Shown here: one piece after another, positions 26,191 through 38,600 of the stretch
Numbering within the stretch: the stretch's first letter is position 1
Layout of the letters: each line of letters starts with the position of its first letter
Assembly (NCBI RefSeq): GCF_036971445.1
Contig: NC_091478.1
Location: 94,550,001 to 94,614,000 of the forward strand
Reading direction: 5' to 3'
Origin: Narcine bancroftii
Taxonomy: Eukaryota
DNA: 64,000 bases
Made by a program: the position numbers and the translations under genes
The notes under the pieces: generated by a model
Databases searched by the model: none
Told to the model about the DNA's origin: nothing
Seen by the model: only the letters and a program-made list of their open reading frames with translations

Positions 26191-27796
26191 TAGGACTACC
26201 CAAGGAAGCCAACTGTTTCAGCCTCACAGAACTTGCTTCATTTCATGTTGACTCCATTCCTTCTTGCCTGTTCCAGTCTCTTCAGATCCACATCAATGAC
26301 ATCTGATGGGTTTTCAAATCTCTGGACTCAACCAACTCATACAGACATACAATCCCTTTATACCTCAATCCTACACAGTTCTCCTCTATCACATTTGCCT
26401 AGATGAACATCCTCACATTGATTATCTTTTCTTTCAACTCATTGGAAACTGACATGGTCTCATGCTATTCCTAGAAGAGTCTGTTTTACTGAAACCCTTG
26501 TCCTCGACTTCAGCCCCTGCTCTCCACCTCCTCCCCCCCCCCCCCAAAGCATATTGATGCACGTGCTGTTGTGCTGCACTCTTACAGAACTTAAAAACTT
26601 CTTCAGTTCTCATTTCTCCAATGTTCTGATGAAGGGTCTACACTTAACTCAATTTCTCTTTCCACCAATGGGCTCTGACTTTCTGAGCAATTCCCTCTTT
26701 TCAGATTTCCAGCTTTTAGATTTTCATCCCCTTTATAATTATTCTGAATATCATGGGGTGATTTCTCCAGATTTAGAAAACACAGAAAAAAACAAAATTA
26801 ATTGTGTTCTTTTTTTCTCCATGTGCCAAGGATTTCCAACTATTTATGTTTAATTATAAAATGAGGCTTCCTTGATTATATTTCTGGAAGCTGCAATTCA
26901 GTGGTTTACAATTAAATGATCTTTTCCTTGCCAACCAATCAGGCAGTCAGGATATCAAGGTGAAATGGTGAAGGAGAGGGGCAGGGAATGTGGGTTCATA
27001 ACACATGGGTGAAAGTGATAAATGGGGACCATGGGGAAGAAACACTGAAATCAGATGTTAAATTAGTGGGTTGATACATTCAAGAGCACAGGTGAATACA
27101 AACTTGTCTTCAGGGCATTTAATCGGCAATTCCAGGCTTTGGTTGGGCTGTGTAAACATATGTAATACAGTAAACTGGCAGGTTGAAAGTTCAGGATAGG
27201 GAAGCATGAGGATATTCAAAAGTACAAGCATAATTTAGGAAGGAAGATGCTGTTTATAGCAAGTACTTAATGGTAGATCCTGGCCACTGAAGAAATGAGA
27301 GGGGTGTAACCATTGGGCTTAACAGGCTGTCAAAAGAGATGGGGTAAAAGGACCGATGAGAACCATGACATGAACAACAACTGGGGCTGATGAGCAGACT
27401 TATGTTGAACGCTTGTCAAAGGGAATGGGATTAAGGAGTTCAAGATGGAATGATGGAGGTTGAATGTTAGTGGTGCAAAAATGGCTTTCTTTCTGGGAAA
27501 ACGTTTTGTTTACAATACTAAAGTGTTCTCAGTAGATTGTAGCAATGCTGAGAAACAGTGGGTGCAGAGGTTAAAGCAATTCAATCCAGCATTTTAGAAA
27601 TGAGCAGTATTGTAGAGAAAGTGTCCCAGAAGATAAAAGTTAGGAAGATCAATGTTTGCCAACAATGATATACACTTTAAACACAACAGGCATGCAAAAT
27701 GAAGGGCAATTACTCTGATCTTAGAAGAACACAAGAAAACTGTAGAATTTCAAATATTATAGTCATGTAAAATGATTCCTCATCTAATATACATCT

Positions 27797-30700
27797 GTAG
27801 GGTGTCGCACTTGAAAGATGGTTGATTTTGGTAATCCTAAGGTTTAGGCCATGCCTCTTACTGTTTTATTCTTCTTTTTCAGCCTCAATGGCTTCATTGA
27901 CACAACTCTGGTCCTCATGTTGAAAACTGGCAACTACAGGCTCCAAAGGTGATCAAAAGCTTAGAAGCAAGCCTTGCTTTCTTATACCTGCACTAATGAA
28001 GCATATAACCATATAACCACTTACAGCACAGAACAGGCCAGTTCGGCCCTACTAGTCGATGCCGTAACAAATCCCCACCCTCCTAGTCCCACTGACCAGC
28101 ACCCGGCTCATACCCCTCCAGTCCTCTCCTATCCATGTAACTATCCAGTTTTTCCTTAAATGTAACCAATGATCCCGCCTCGACCACATCTGTCGAAAGC
28201 TCATTCCACATCCCTACCACCCTTTGCGTAAAGAAATTTCCCCTCATGTTCCCCTTATAATTTTCCCCCTTCAGTCTTAAACCATGCCCTCTAGTTTGAA
28301 TCTCCTCCACTCTTAATTGAAAAAGCCTATCCACGTTTACTCTGTCTGTCCCTTTTAAAATCTTAAACACCTCGATCAAGTCCCCTCTCAATCTTCTACG
28401 CTCCAGAGAAAAAAGCCCCAGTCTGCACAACCTTTCCCTGTAACTCAAACCTTGAAATCCTGTCAACATTCTCGTGAATCTTCTCTGCACTCTCTCTATT
28501 TTGTTTATATCTTTCCTATAATTTGGTGACCAAAACTGTACACAGTACTCCAAATTTGGCCTCACCAATGCCTTGTACAATTTCATCATAACCTCCCTAC
28601 TCTTGAATTCAATACTCCGATTTATGAAGGCCAACATTCCAAATGCCTTCTTCACCACACCATCTACCTGAGTATCAGCCTTGAGGGTACTATTTACCAC
28701 AACTCCTAAATCCCTTTGTTGCTCTGCACATCTCAATAGCCTACCATTTAATGCATATGACCTATTTAGATTTGCCTTTCCAAAATGTAACACCTCACAC
28801 TTATCTGTATTAAATTCCATCAGCCATTTCTCAGCCCACACCTCCAGCCTTCCTAAATCACCTTTTAATCTACGGTAATCTTCCTCACTGTCCACAACAC
28901 CACCAATCTTTGTATCATCCGCAAACTTGCTTATCCAATTCTCCACCCCTACTTCCAGATCGTTAATATATATAACAAACAATAGTGGACCGAGGACCGA
29001 TCCCTGAGGAACTCCACCAGTTACCGGCCTCCAATTGGACAAACAATTTTCTACCACTACTCTCTGACACCTCCCATCCAACCATTGCTGAATCCATTTC
29101 ACTACCTCCTCATTTATACCTAATGCCTTCACCTTTTTTCCTAACCTCCGGTGGGGAACTTTGTCAAAAGCTTTACTAAAGTCTAAATAGACAACATTCA
29201 CAGCTTTCCCTTCATCAACTTTTTTTGTAACCCCCTCGAAAAACTAAATCAGGTTTGTCAAGCATGATCTACCCCTGACAAAACCATGCTGATTACTCCC
29301 TAGCAATCCCTGTACCTCCAAATATTTGTAAATACCATTCCTCAGAACACTTTCCATCAACTTGCCCACCACAGACGTCAGACTCACGGGCCTATAATTC
29401 CCAGGTTTACATTTAGACCCTTCCTTAAACAGCGGAACCACATGCGCCACCCTCCAATCCTTTGGCACTACCCCCATGGCCAGTGACATCCTAAATATCT
29501 CTGTTAATGGCCCCACTATCTGTCCACTAGCCTCCCTGAGTGTCCTTGGGAATATTTTGTCCGGTCCCGGAAATTTATCCACCTTTATCTTTTTCAACAC
29601 AGCCATCACTACCTCCTCAGTTATCCTTATATGCTTCATTACCTCCCCACTATTTTTCTTTACCTCAACCGGTTCAATATGTTTTTCCCTAGTGAATACC
29701 GAGGCAAAGAAATCATTCTAAATTTCCCCCATTTCCTTTGACTTCTCACTCAGCCTACCTTCACTATCTACAAGGGGTCCAATTTTATCCCTCACTAATC
29801 TTTTACTTTTAATGTACATATAGAAGCCCTTTGGATTTATTTTTACTCTGTCTGCCAAAGCCTCTTCGTGCCTTTTTTTGGCCTTTCTAATTTCTTTCTT
29901 AAGATTCCTTCTACACTCCTTGTAGTCCTCCTTGAAATTGTCAGCTCCCTGTTCTTTATACCTCTTGTACACCTCCCTTTTTCTCCTAACCAAATTTCCA
30001 ATATTCCTCGAAAAACAAGCCTCCCTCTGACTTCCAGCCTTTCCTTTGATCCTCACTGGGACATAACTACTCTGTACCCTCAAAATTTGCTTTTTGAATA
30101 TCCTCCACTTTTCATTTACACCCTCACCTGAAAATATCCTGTCCCACTCAATACTCCCCAAATCCCTTCTTATTCCTTCAAAATTTGCTCTTCTCCAATC
30201 CAGAACCTCAACTTTAGGCCCCTCCTTGCTCTTCCCTAAAACTACCTTAAAACTAACAGAATTATGATCACTAGATGCAATTGGATCTCCAACATTAATG
30301 TCTGATACCTGACCTAGCTCGTTCCCTAACAGGAGATCCAGTATTACACTGTCCCAAGTCGGTTCTTCTACTAATTGATTCAGAAAACAATCTTGAACAC
30401 ATTTAACGAACTCTAGCCCATCCAGCCCTCTAACTGTATGGGTATCCCAATCAATGTGAGGGAAGTTAAAATCTCCCATGATCACTACCTTATGATTCTC
30501 ACACATATACGTTATCTCTCTACACATTTGTTCCTCTAGTTTTCTTGACCCATTTGGTGGTCTGTAATACACCCCTATTAGCACCCTCATGTCTCCTTCA
30601 CCTCTCAATTCCACCCAAACAGCCTCACTGGACGATCCTTCCAGACCATCTTGCCCCCTCACGGCAGTAATGTCCTCCTTAACAAGCAGAGAAACTCCTC

Positions 30701-31031
30701 CCCCTTTTTTACCCCCTGATCTATCACATCTAAAACAAATGTATCCTGGAACGTTAAGTTGCCAGTCCTGCCCCTCTTGTAGCCAGGTCTCACTAATTGC
30801 CACAATATCGTGACCCCAATTAAACATACCTGCGTAATCCCAAACACCTGTGATGCCAAGCATTATGGTGCCCTGAAATGAGGGTACTATATTTAAAAAG
30901 TGCTTTAATTTCTACATGGTCAAATCAAAATGTATACAAATAACCTTGAATAAAAACTGGAATGTGTTTAATTACATGTGAATTGGGACAAATAATAAGT
31001 GTCTTTGTCCCAAACATTATGAAGGGCACTG
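27797..31031. mobile_element. Tc1-like transposon end remnant (27797-28003 and 30819-31031) split by a CR1
   Basis: Ends ...GAAGGGCACTG|TA (CAGTGCCC-type TIR plus TA); the two halves appear contiguous across the CR1. Confidence 0.6.
28003..30818 (-). mobile_element. Young 5'-truncated CR1; ORF2 of about 912 codons with two in-frame TAG stops and no frameshift
   Basis: ORFs 29718-30863, 29244-29639 and 28083-29201 share one frame; endonuclease (IVAISETW, GDFNFP, SDHN) and RT (VPQGSVLGP, FADD); GGTTATAT repeat tail. Confidence 0.95.
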
Positions 31032-31049
31032 TATTATCAGCTTTTCCCC

Positions 31050-31720
31050 CTCTCCTAAAGAAACCCCTCAGGATCAAGGACAACTACATTACATCTAGTT
31101 CTGGAAATAACTGATGAACTGTGGACTCTTTCACAATGGGGCAGGAGAGCAGTTTGTGAGAAGGTACCTGCTATTACTCAGGTTTCTATGTATTTCATGA
31201 TCCTGGCCTGTGTCAGGATTTGAGCACATCCTTGAAACTGTTTTTCTGACTACCTGGTAAACTATTCCTGTGACGACTTGGAATAGAATGCCAGTTTTGT
31301 TAATCTAGTGGCTTAGTGAACTTGAGTTCTTAATGCTGGGGAATCAGCCCGGTAAAAGATATTGGGGGGTGGGGAGGATAAGCAAATCAGTGAATCTCAA
31401 ATATTTTTGCTGACTTTCTATTTTTCCAATTCTTTGAGGTGCCTGCTGTACACAGTACTAATCTCGAAGCGTGAATTACTGCTACACAGTAGGCATGCAT
31501 TTTGTGCCAGTTTCGTCACCTTAATCTTTTCCTCAGTCAGAGAAAAGTTGTGCTGATATTCTAGCATTTAAGTAGCTAGACAATGATTAAATCATCTGGT
31601 CAGAGAAGGACCGATAGATGAATAATATACCTGTTGTGGCTGAGGTAGTGTTGGTTCATCATGACTTCCTTGATCTTGGACACTTTTCCTCTATAATGCA
31701 CAAGATGCCAAGTGTGTTTT
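31050..31720 (-). mobile_element. Old RTE-like LINE remnant
   Basis: Weak, degenerate resemblance only. Confidence 0.35.
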
Positions 31721-32877
31721 TTTAAAAATTTTTGGCTCAACCTGCTCTAACGTGTTAGATTTACACACACATGCTCTCAGCCTTTGTTTCACTCCTCTTT
31801 TGGAATAGTGGCCTCCATTTTATATTGCTTGCCCTTCGAAGAATTTATGTTTGACTTTTCCACTAATCTGTTGAGATCTTCATGATTAGCAAGAACTAAG
31901 ATGAGGGTGTTCAGTTTCCAAATAAAAAGATATCCATTCAGGACATTTGGAATTTTCTGCTTGAGAGATCTGTTGCAAAGTCCATTACAGACAGAGGTCA
32001 ATAGGTTTTAAAACATTTGGGGAGTCAAGGGAAATGTAGGAAGTGCAGAGTAGTGTCAAAGTAGATGACTGGCTGTGATGGCATATCAGACAAATAGCTT
32101 ATTCCTGCTTCCATTTTTTAGATGACAAGTGACTGATTCCAATGTGGTGAGCAATGAAAGCCATGGTAAAGTGAATCAAAATTACAGAGTAATCAAGTTA
32201 GCAGGTTACTTTCTTGACTTTTAATAGACCTCTTACACCAAGCTTAATGTTAAATTGAAATTCCAAATGATTACCTAAAAAAGTACCTCCCAAACAAACA
32301 GCATCAAATCAAAAGCTAAGTATTTGCACACTGAGGGAGAGTTTTATGGTTTCTGTAGGTGAAAACAGAGGAAGAGAGACTGATTAGGACCAATTACCAA
32401 CTAAGAAATTATACCTTCATTAAGACACAAGTCCTGTCTAGAATATTTACTAGTTGTTTTTTAATAGCTCTTTAATGAGGAGCTGGAAGCTTGACAAAAT
32501 TCCAGCAATGGGGAAAGACCAGATAAAATCTCATGAGGAGATACGCGAAAGGCTTGTAATGTTTAAATGTTACCTGTTTTATAAAATACATTCCAGGTTG
32601 GGAAGGGAAATGGAGCAATGCTGGGGAAGGGAAATCAAACGTGTTGTTAGCATACCCATCTTGATACTTTTGGACATCATTTTGGGTCAGCATTTGTTTA
32701 AAAGATAGGGGTGTGGCAAAGCCTTGATCACTAGTGGACACCAGAGGCAACGATAAAGGAAAATGAGATAATCGGTGACACCCAGATGATCAGGAATGGA
32801 ATCAGCTCCATAAAGGAGATACACGGGAAGAAAATGGTTCATTAATCATTATAAAAGTGAATGTACATTTAGAAAGA

Positions 32878-33125
32878 AGGGGTAGCATGGTTAATGTAGC
32901 GGTTAATGCAACGCCTTGACAGAGCCAGTGATCGGGACCAGGGTTTGAATCCTGTGCTGTCTGTCTCCCCGTGCCTGCATGGGTTTTCCCCAGAGCTCTG
33001 GTTTCCTCCCACTATTTGAAACGTAGCGGGGCTGTAGGTTAATTGGGTGTAAATTGGGCATCTCGGACTCGTGGGCTGAAATGGCTGGTTACCATGCTGC
33101 ATGTCTCAATTAAAAAATGAAATGA
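32878..33125 (+). mobile_element. tRNA-derived SINE (V-SINE/HE1-like)
   Basis: A box gtagcggtt, B box GGTTTGAATCC, V core ctctggtttcctccca, A-rich tail. Confidence 0.8.
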
Positions 33126-34209
33126 GTTACCATGGTGACACATTTATTCTATTACAGTCATAAGTTTCAAATTACAACAGAAATCTTGGGTTCAGTTTTC
33201 ACAGGGGAATTTCTGTGAATGCTCCAATGCCTCATCTAATTGTTGGCATCCACTAGGCAAACAAAGTCCAGGTAGTTTATTTTTAATCTCTTCCACTATC
33301 TTTCTATTTATAGTTCCATGGGGTATTTTTTTCTTATCTAGTTAATGCTTGTTAATATTATCAGCCCCATTCAAAAACCAATCATTACTGATCCTCTGAG
33401 AAAATTATATAACAGAAATTCAAAATTAGATCTTACGTCAGTTTGTGTGATGGCAGATCACCAACAACCTTGCTCTCAAAGAGCTGATTGAGAAGCCAAG
33501 GGACTCCACTTTCTTGTTTGATTGGACAACAGTGGAGAAAGTGAGCAGTTTCAGATTCCTGGACCTCTCCAAGGACTAGCACATAAGCAACTGTGAAGAA
33601 GGCATTCCAATGACTGCTTGTTGAGATTTAACATGTTGAATGCTCAGTGTGGAGAGTATAGCGACTGGTTGAAGCACTGCCTAGCCTGGAAACAAATGGT
33701 CAGGAACCCAGTAAGTTGCAGAGAGGGGCAGACACAGCCAAGTATATCACTGGCACCATAACCCATCTAAAGACATCTAAATGAGGGGATGCATCAGGAA
33801 CGCAGCCAATATCATAAGGAGATAAACTAGGAAGTCTGTAGATACTGGAGTCAAATATCTCAAGAAGTCTCCATTACTATGGCCATGCTTTCTTCTCAAT
33901 ACTATCTTCAGGCAAAAGATACAGAAACATGGTACTTGAGGATCAAGAACTGTTTTTTTCACCCATTTATCAGTCCAGATCTTCCCCGTATCACTTAAAT
34001 CAAAATGGTGCAAGTTCATCAGATATGGGCACCACTGACACGTTTTTGGATAACTAGCCATTGTGAATGTTTATTATTTTAAATTCTCTTTTTATATTCA
34101 TTTTTTTCCTCAGGCATCTTGTATTAACTGTACTTAAATTGTTGTGCTTTACACATTTGGGAAGCTGTAACAATAAGACTTTCAATGCATCTGTGAATTG
34201 TACTTGTGT

Positions 34210-35676
34210 AGAACAGAAATCTACAGCACAGTACTGGTTCTTTGGCCCAATGTTGTGCCAACCTAATAACCTACTCTGACTGCCTAGAATTTTCCTACTG
34301 TATAAGCCCCCATTTAACCCATCTAATAGTTCCTTGAAAGATCTTATTGTGCTTGCCTCCACCACCATTGCCAGCAGTGGGTTCCTTGCACCAGTCTCTG
34401 TGTGGAAAAACTTACCTTTTCCATTCTCTATGTACTTACTCCGAAGCACCTTAAATCTGTGTTAGCTATTTAAGCCCTGGGCAAAAAAAAAAAGCCTCTG
34501 GCCTCCACATGATCAATGCTTCTCATCTGATACACTTCAATCAGGTCACCCTCTGTAGCTCCAAGGAGGAAAGACCAAGTGCAACCAATCTCTCCTTATA
34601 AGGCATGCACTCCAATCCAGGTAGCATCCTTTCTATAGCATCTACATACTTCCTGTAGTGAGGTGACCAGAAATGAACACAATATTCTAAGTGGGGACCA
34701 AGTAAGGTCTTGTATAGCTACACATATCTACAGCAATGAACTTTTATTCACCTCCTCAAAAATCTAGTGTGTAAAACATGAACTTCCCTGCACAAATACA
34801 TGCAAACTATCCCTAGCGAGACCACAGTCTCCAAAATGTGAGCAAAATAATTTCCACGCTACTGATTTAAGACTCACCAGTCTATAGTTTCTAAGATCAT
34901 ATGTTACTCTTTTTAAATAAAAATTTTGACCATTTTCCAGTCTTCTGCAATCACATCCACGACTAAGGAGAATACAAAGATCTCTTCAAAAGCCAATCTT
35001 CTCTTTTGCCTTCCTCAGTATTCTCGGATAACGCGCATTATGCTCTGGGGACACCCAAAACCTCATTCTTCTCAACATCCACATGCTCCTTGCTGATATC
35101 ACTATCATCCATGCCCTTAGGTGAACACTGGGACAAAGTATACTCTTTTAGCACCTTGCCCACTTCCACTGGATCCACACACATTCCTCCCCACCCCCCC
35201 ACATTGCCCAAGTGGACCCTTCCCCTAGTTACTCTCTTGCTAATAATGCCTTGGTATTCTTATTCCTAGTTGCCAATTCCATAGCCCTTTTTAACCCTCC
35301 TCATTTCTTGTTTTTAAGATCTTTCCTGTTTCCTTCGTATTCCCTGAGCTTTGCCAGATTTCAAATTCCTAAATCCAATGCAAGCTTCCTTTTTCTTTTT
35401 AACTGACCTTAGATGGTCTTCCAAGGTTCTAAAATCTTGTCATCCTCATCTTTCATCCACAAAGGAAAGTGCATGTCCCAAACTGTAACCAATTGACCTT
35501 TAAATAGACTCTCACCAGATGTGGATTTACCCTTAAACTGCTGCTCCCAATCTAATTCTTGGCTAATAATGTAATTAGGCTTCTATCAATTTGGCTCTTT
35601 CACCCAAAGTCATGTCCTTATTCTTAACCATCATAAAACTATTCCTTATGATCATGGTTTCCAAAATGCTCCCATT
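34210..35676 (-). mobile_element. Degenerate CR1
   Basis: CR1 3' UTR and ORF2 remnants (KFFHT...VVEASTIRSFK). Confidence 0.7.
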
Positions 35677-35679
35677 CTT

Positions 35680-38600
35680 CAATCAGCTGGATAAGCCCAT
35701 TTGCCAGGATAAGGGGCTCGCGACTCCGTGGGGCCGGCAGACCCTTTCTGAGGTAGACTATCTACGGAGGAGTGATGTGATGGAGTAGTGTAGGGCAAAA
35801 TCAGCTCTCGACAGAAAAAAAGTCGAGAAAAGACAAAGCTTAACAAATGTAAAGTATAAGAAATAGAAGATAAAGTTGCAGAGAAGAGAAAGAAGATGGC
35901 ACCCAAGAAGGAAAAAGTAAAAACAACGGGGAAAAAAAGAAGAAAAATCACCAGAAAAGAAAGAAGAGCTTACCTGCATGAAGGAACAGGGAGCCGTGGT
36001 GGCAAAGAGCGCCCAAACTCCAAGATTGGTGCCGGCCCCACGGAGTCGCAAGCCCCCGACCAGTGGACTGCAAAAATGGCTCTCTGAGCCAAACAAAAGT
36101 GCGCAATCAAAGGTAAAAGGAAACACTGACAGGATGGGGGCTCAGCCGAGGAGCAGGCAACCATGGCACGACCAGCTGAGGGATGCCCGACACCAGGGCT
36201 CTCAGCTGGAAGATGAGGAAGGCGGCAGGAGAGGGAGTGAGGAACCAGGCGAGGAAGAAAGTCGACGAGTGAACGGCAAGAGGAGCAGCAGCAGGAGGCT
36301 CGACAGATGAGCAGCCCAGGAGGGGAGGATCAACAACAAGAGGCCCGACAAAGAGATACAAGCAACTCATCAGGAAAATCAGAAGAGACACAGATACAAA
36401 GACGAGGAGGACACAAACACAAGTACAGATACAGAAGAAGAGGAAGAAGATGACCAAGATCTTCACAGAGAAATAGAAGGTAAAGCAGATGGACAGAATA
36501 TAGATAAAGACATTTTTGAAGAACAAATAAGAACATTAAAAGAAAAGAAAAACGAAAACACAGAAGATAAATGCAAAGTTTAGAACGGTTCATGACAAAT
36601 AGGGAAAAGAGTAGAAAATGTGGAAGAACGAGAAACGGCTGTAGAAATGGAAGTAAACAACTTAAGAGAAAAATTGGAAGAAAATGACAAAAAAAATTAG
36701 AGATAAGAGTTGTTATCTCAGAAAATTGATATGTTGGAAAATTATAGTAGGCGAAACAACAAAAATAGTGGGCCTGAAGGAGGGTGAAGCACAGACATGA
36801 AGGAATTTATAAAAGAATGGATCCCGAAGGTCCTGGGCACGACAGAAATGCAGGAAGAAGTGAAAATAGAAAGGGCACACAGAGCATTAGCTCCAAAACC
36901 ACAGGCACATCAAAAACCAAGATCCATCTTCGTAAAATTTTTGAGATATACGACAAGAGAAAATATACTGGAGCGGGCAAGGAATAAAATTAGAGAAGAC
37001 AATAAACCATTAGAACACAATGGTCAAAAAATATTTTTTGACCCAGACATAAGTTTTGAACTCTTAAAGAGGAAAGAGTTTAATACAGCAAAATCGATTC
37101 TATGCAAAAAAGGTTAAAAATTCATGTTAAGACATCCAGCCATGCTTAAAATATTTATACCCGGGGAGTAAAACAGACTGTTCTCGGATCCGGAGGAGGC
37201 ACAAGAATTCGGAGAGCATTTGCAGGATAGGAGAGATGAAGAGATGTAATAAGAATGAAGAATGGTGATAAAGTATATATAAAGATTTAAAAACAGTGTA
37301 TATGTAAAGAACTAAAGAGGGAATAGAGAGGGGAAGGAAGGAAATAAGGGGGAAAAAAGGGAGTGCTTTGTTATATGTGTAAAAAGTAAAGTGTTTTCTG
37401 GGGGTGATGGGGCAGGGAAGAGAATAAGCGTCACTCCGAAATTAGTTGACGCTTTAGAGCAAGATCGCAATCCAAATGGAAAGGGGAGTTATGGTTGCCC
37501 GGCAAGGGATAAGGGGCAACTCAGAAAGGAGGGGCCAGCATTTGTGGTTAACGTCATATATCGAGTTTAAAAAGGGAAAACAGAGATGAAAATGGGAAAA
37601 GGGGGGATGGAGATGGTGAGGAAGAGGAAAAGAGGTGTAAACAGGATATGAGATGGCCATGTTGAACTATATGACCATAAACATAAATGGAGTACATAAC
37701 CAAATTAAAAGGAAGAGGCTATTAAATTTACTGGGAAAAAAAAGATATAGCATTTGTGCAGGAAACGCATCTAAATGAAGTGGAACATAAATTAAGGAGA
37801 GACTGGGTAGAATACGTAGCGGCAGCATCATATAATTCAAAAGCTAGAAGTGTAGCCATATTAGTTAACAAAAATATATCAATCAAAATAGATGAGGAAA
37901 TAATAGATCCAGCAGGGAGGTATGTAATGATAACGTGTCAGATGTACTCAGAAGCTTGGGATTTGCTCAATATATATGCACCTAACGAGGAGGATCAAAG
38001 GTTTATGCAGGATATTTTTTTAAAGATTGCAATATACAAGGAAATATATTGATAGGAGGGGATTTTAACCTTAATTTGGATTCAATGTTGGATAAAACTG
38101 GACAAAAGACAAGTAAAAAGAATAAAGAGGCCAAATTTATGGTTAAATCAATGCAGGAAATGAAACATAGATATATGGAGGAGGCAACACCCAAGAGAGA
38201 AGGAATACTTATATTACTTGAGTCGGCATAAAACATACTCAAGGATTGATATGTTTTTGTTGTCAGCCCATATTCAAGGGAGAGTTAGGAAAGCTGAGTA
38301 TAAAGCTAGACGACTATCTGATCATTCACCCCTGTTATTAGTAATAGAACTGGAAGATATCCCACCAAACCTATTCTTTTCTCTTTGGCTTGGCTTCATG
38401 GACGAAGATTAATGGAAGGGTAATGTCCACGTCAGCTGCAGGCTTGTTTGTGGCTGACAAGTCCGATGCGGGACAGGCAGACACAGGTGCAAGAACATAT
38501 AGATGGAGGTTAAACTCCATGCTACTTAAAAGGCAGGAATTTAGAGAGTTTATTGAATACCAAATTAAACCATATTTTGAAATAAACACAGAATCAGTGA

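Noticed and set aside
32878-32960. tRNA gene
   Set aside because: A/B boxes belong to a SINE head followed by a V-domain and tail; no full cloverleaf
35896-36600. Charged low-complexity ORFs as additional ZC3H18 exons
   Set aside because: They are the plus-strand N-terminal part of L1 ORF1; the exon ending at 47468 already joins 8761 in frame and matches the expected protein
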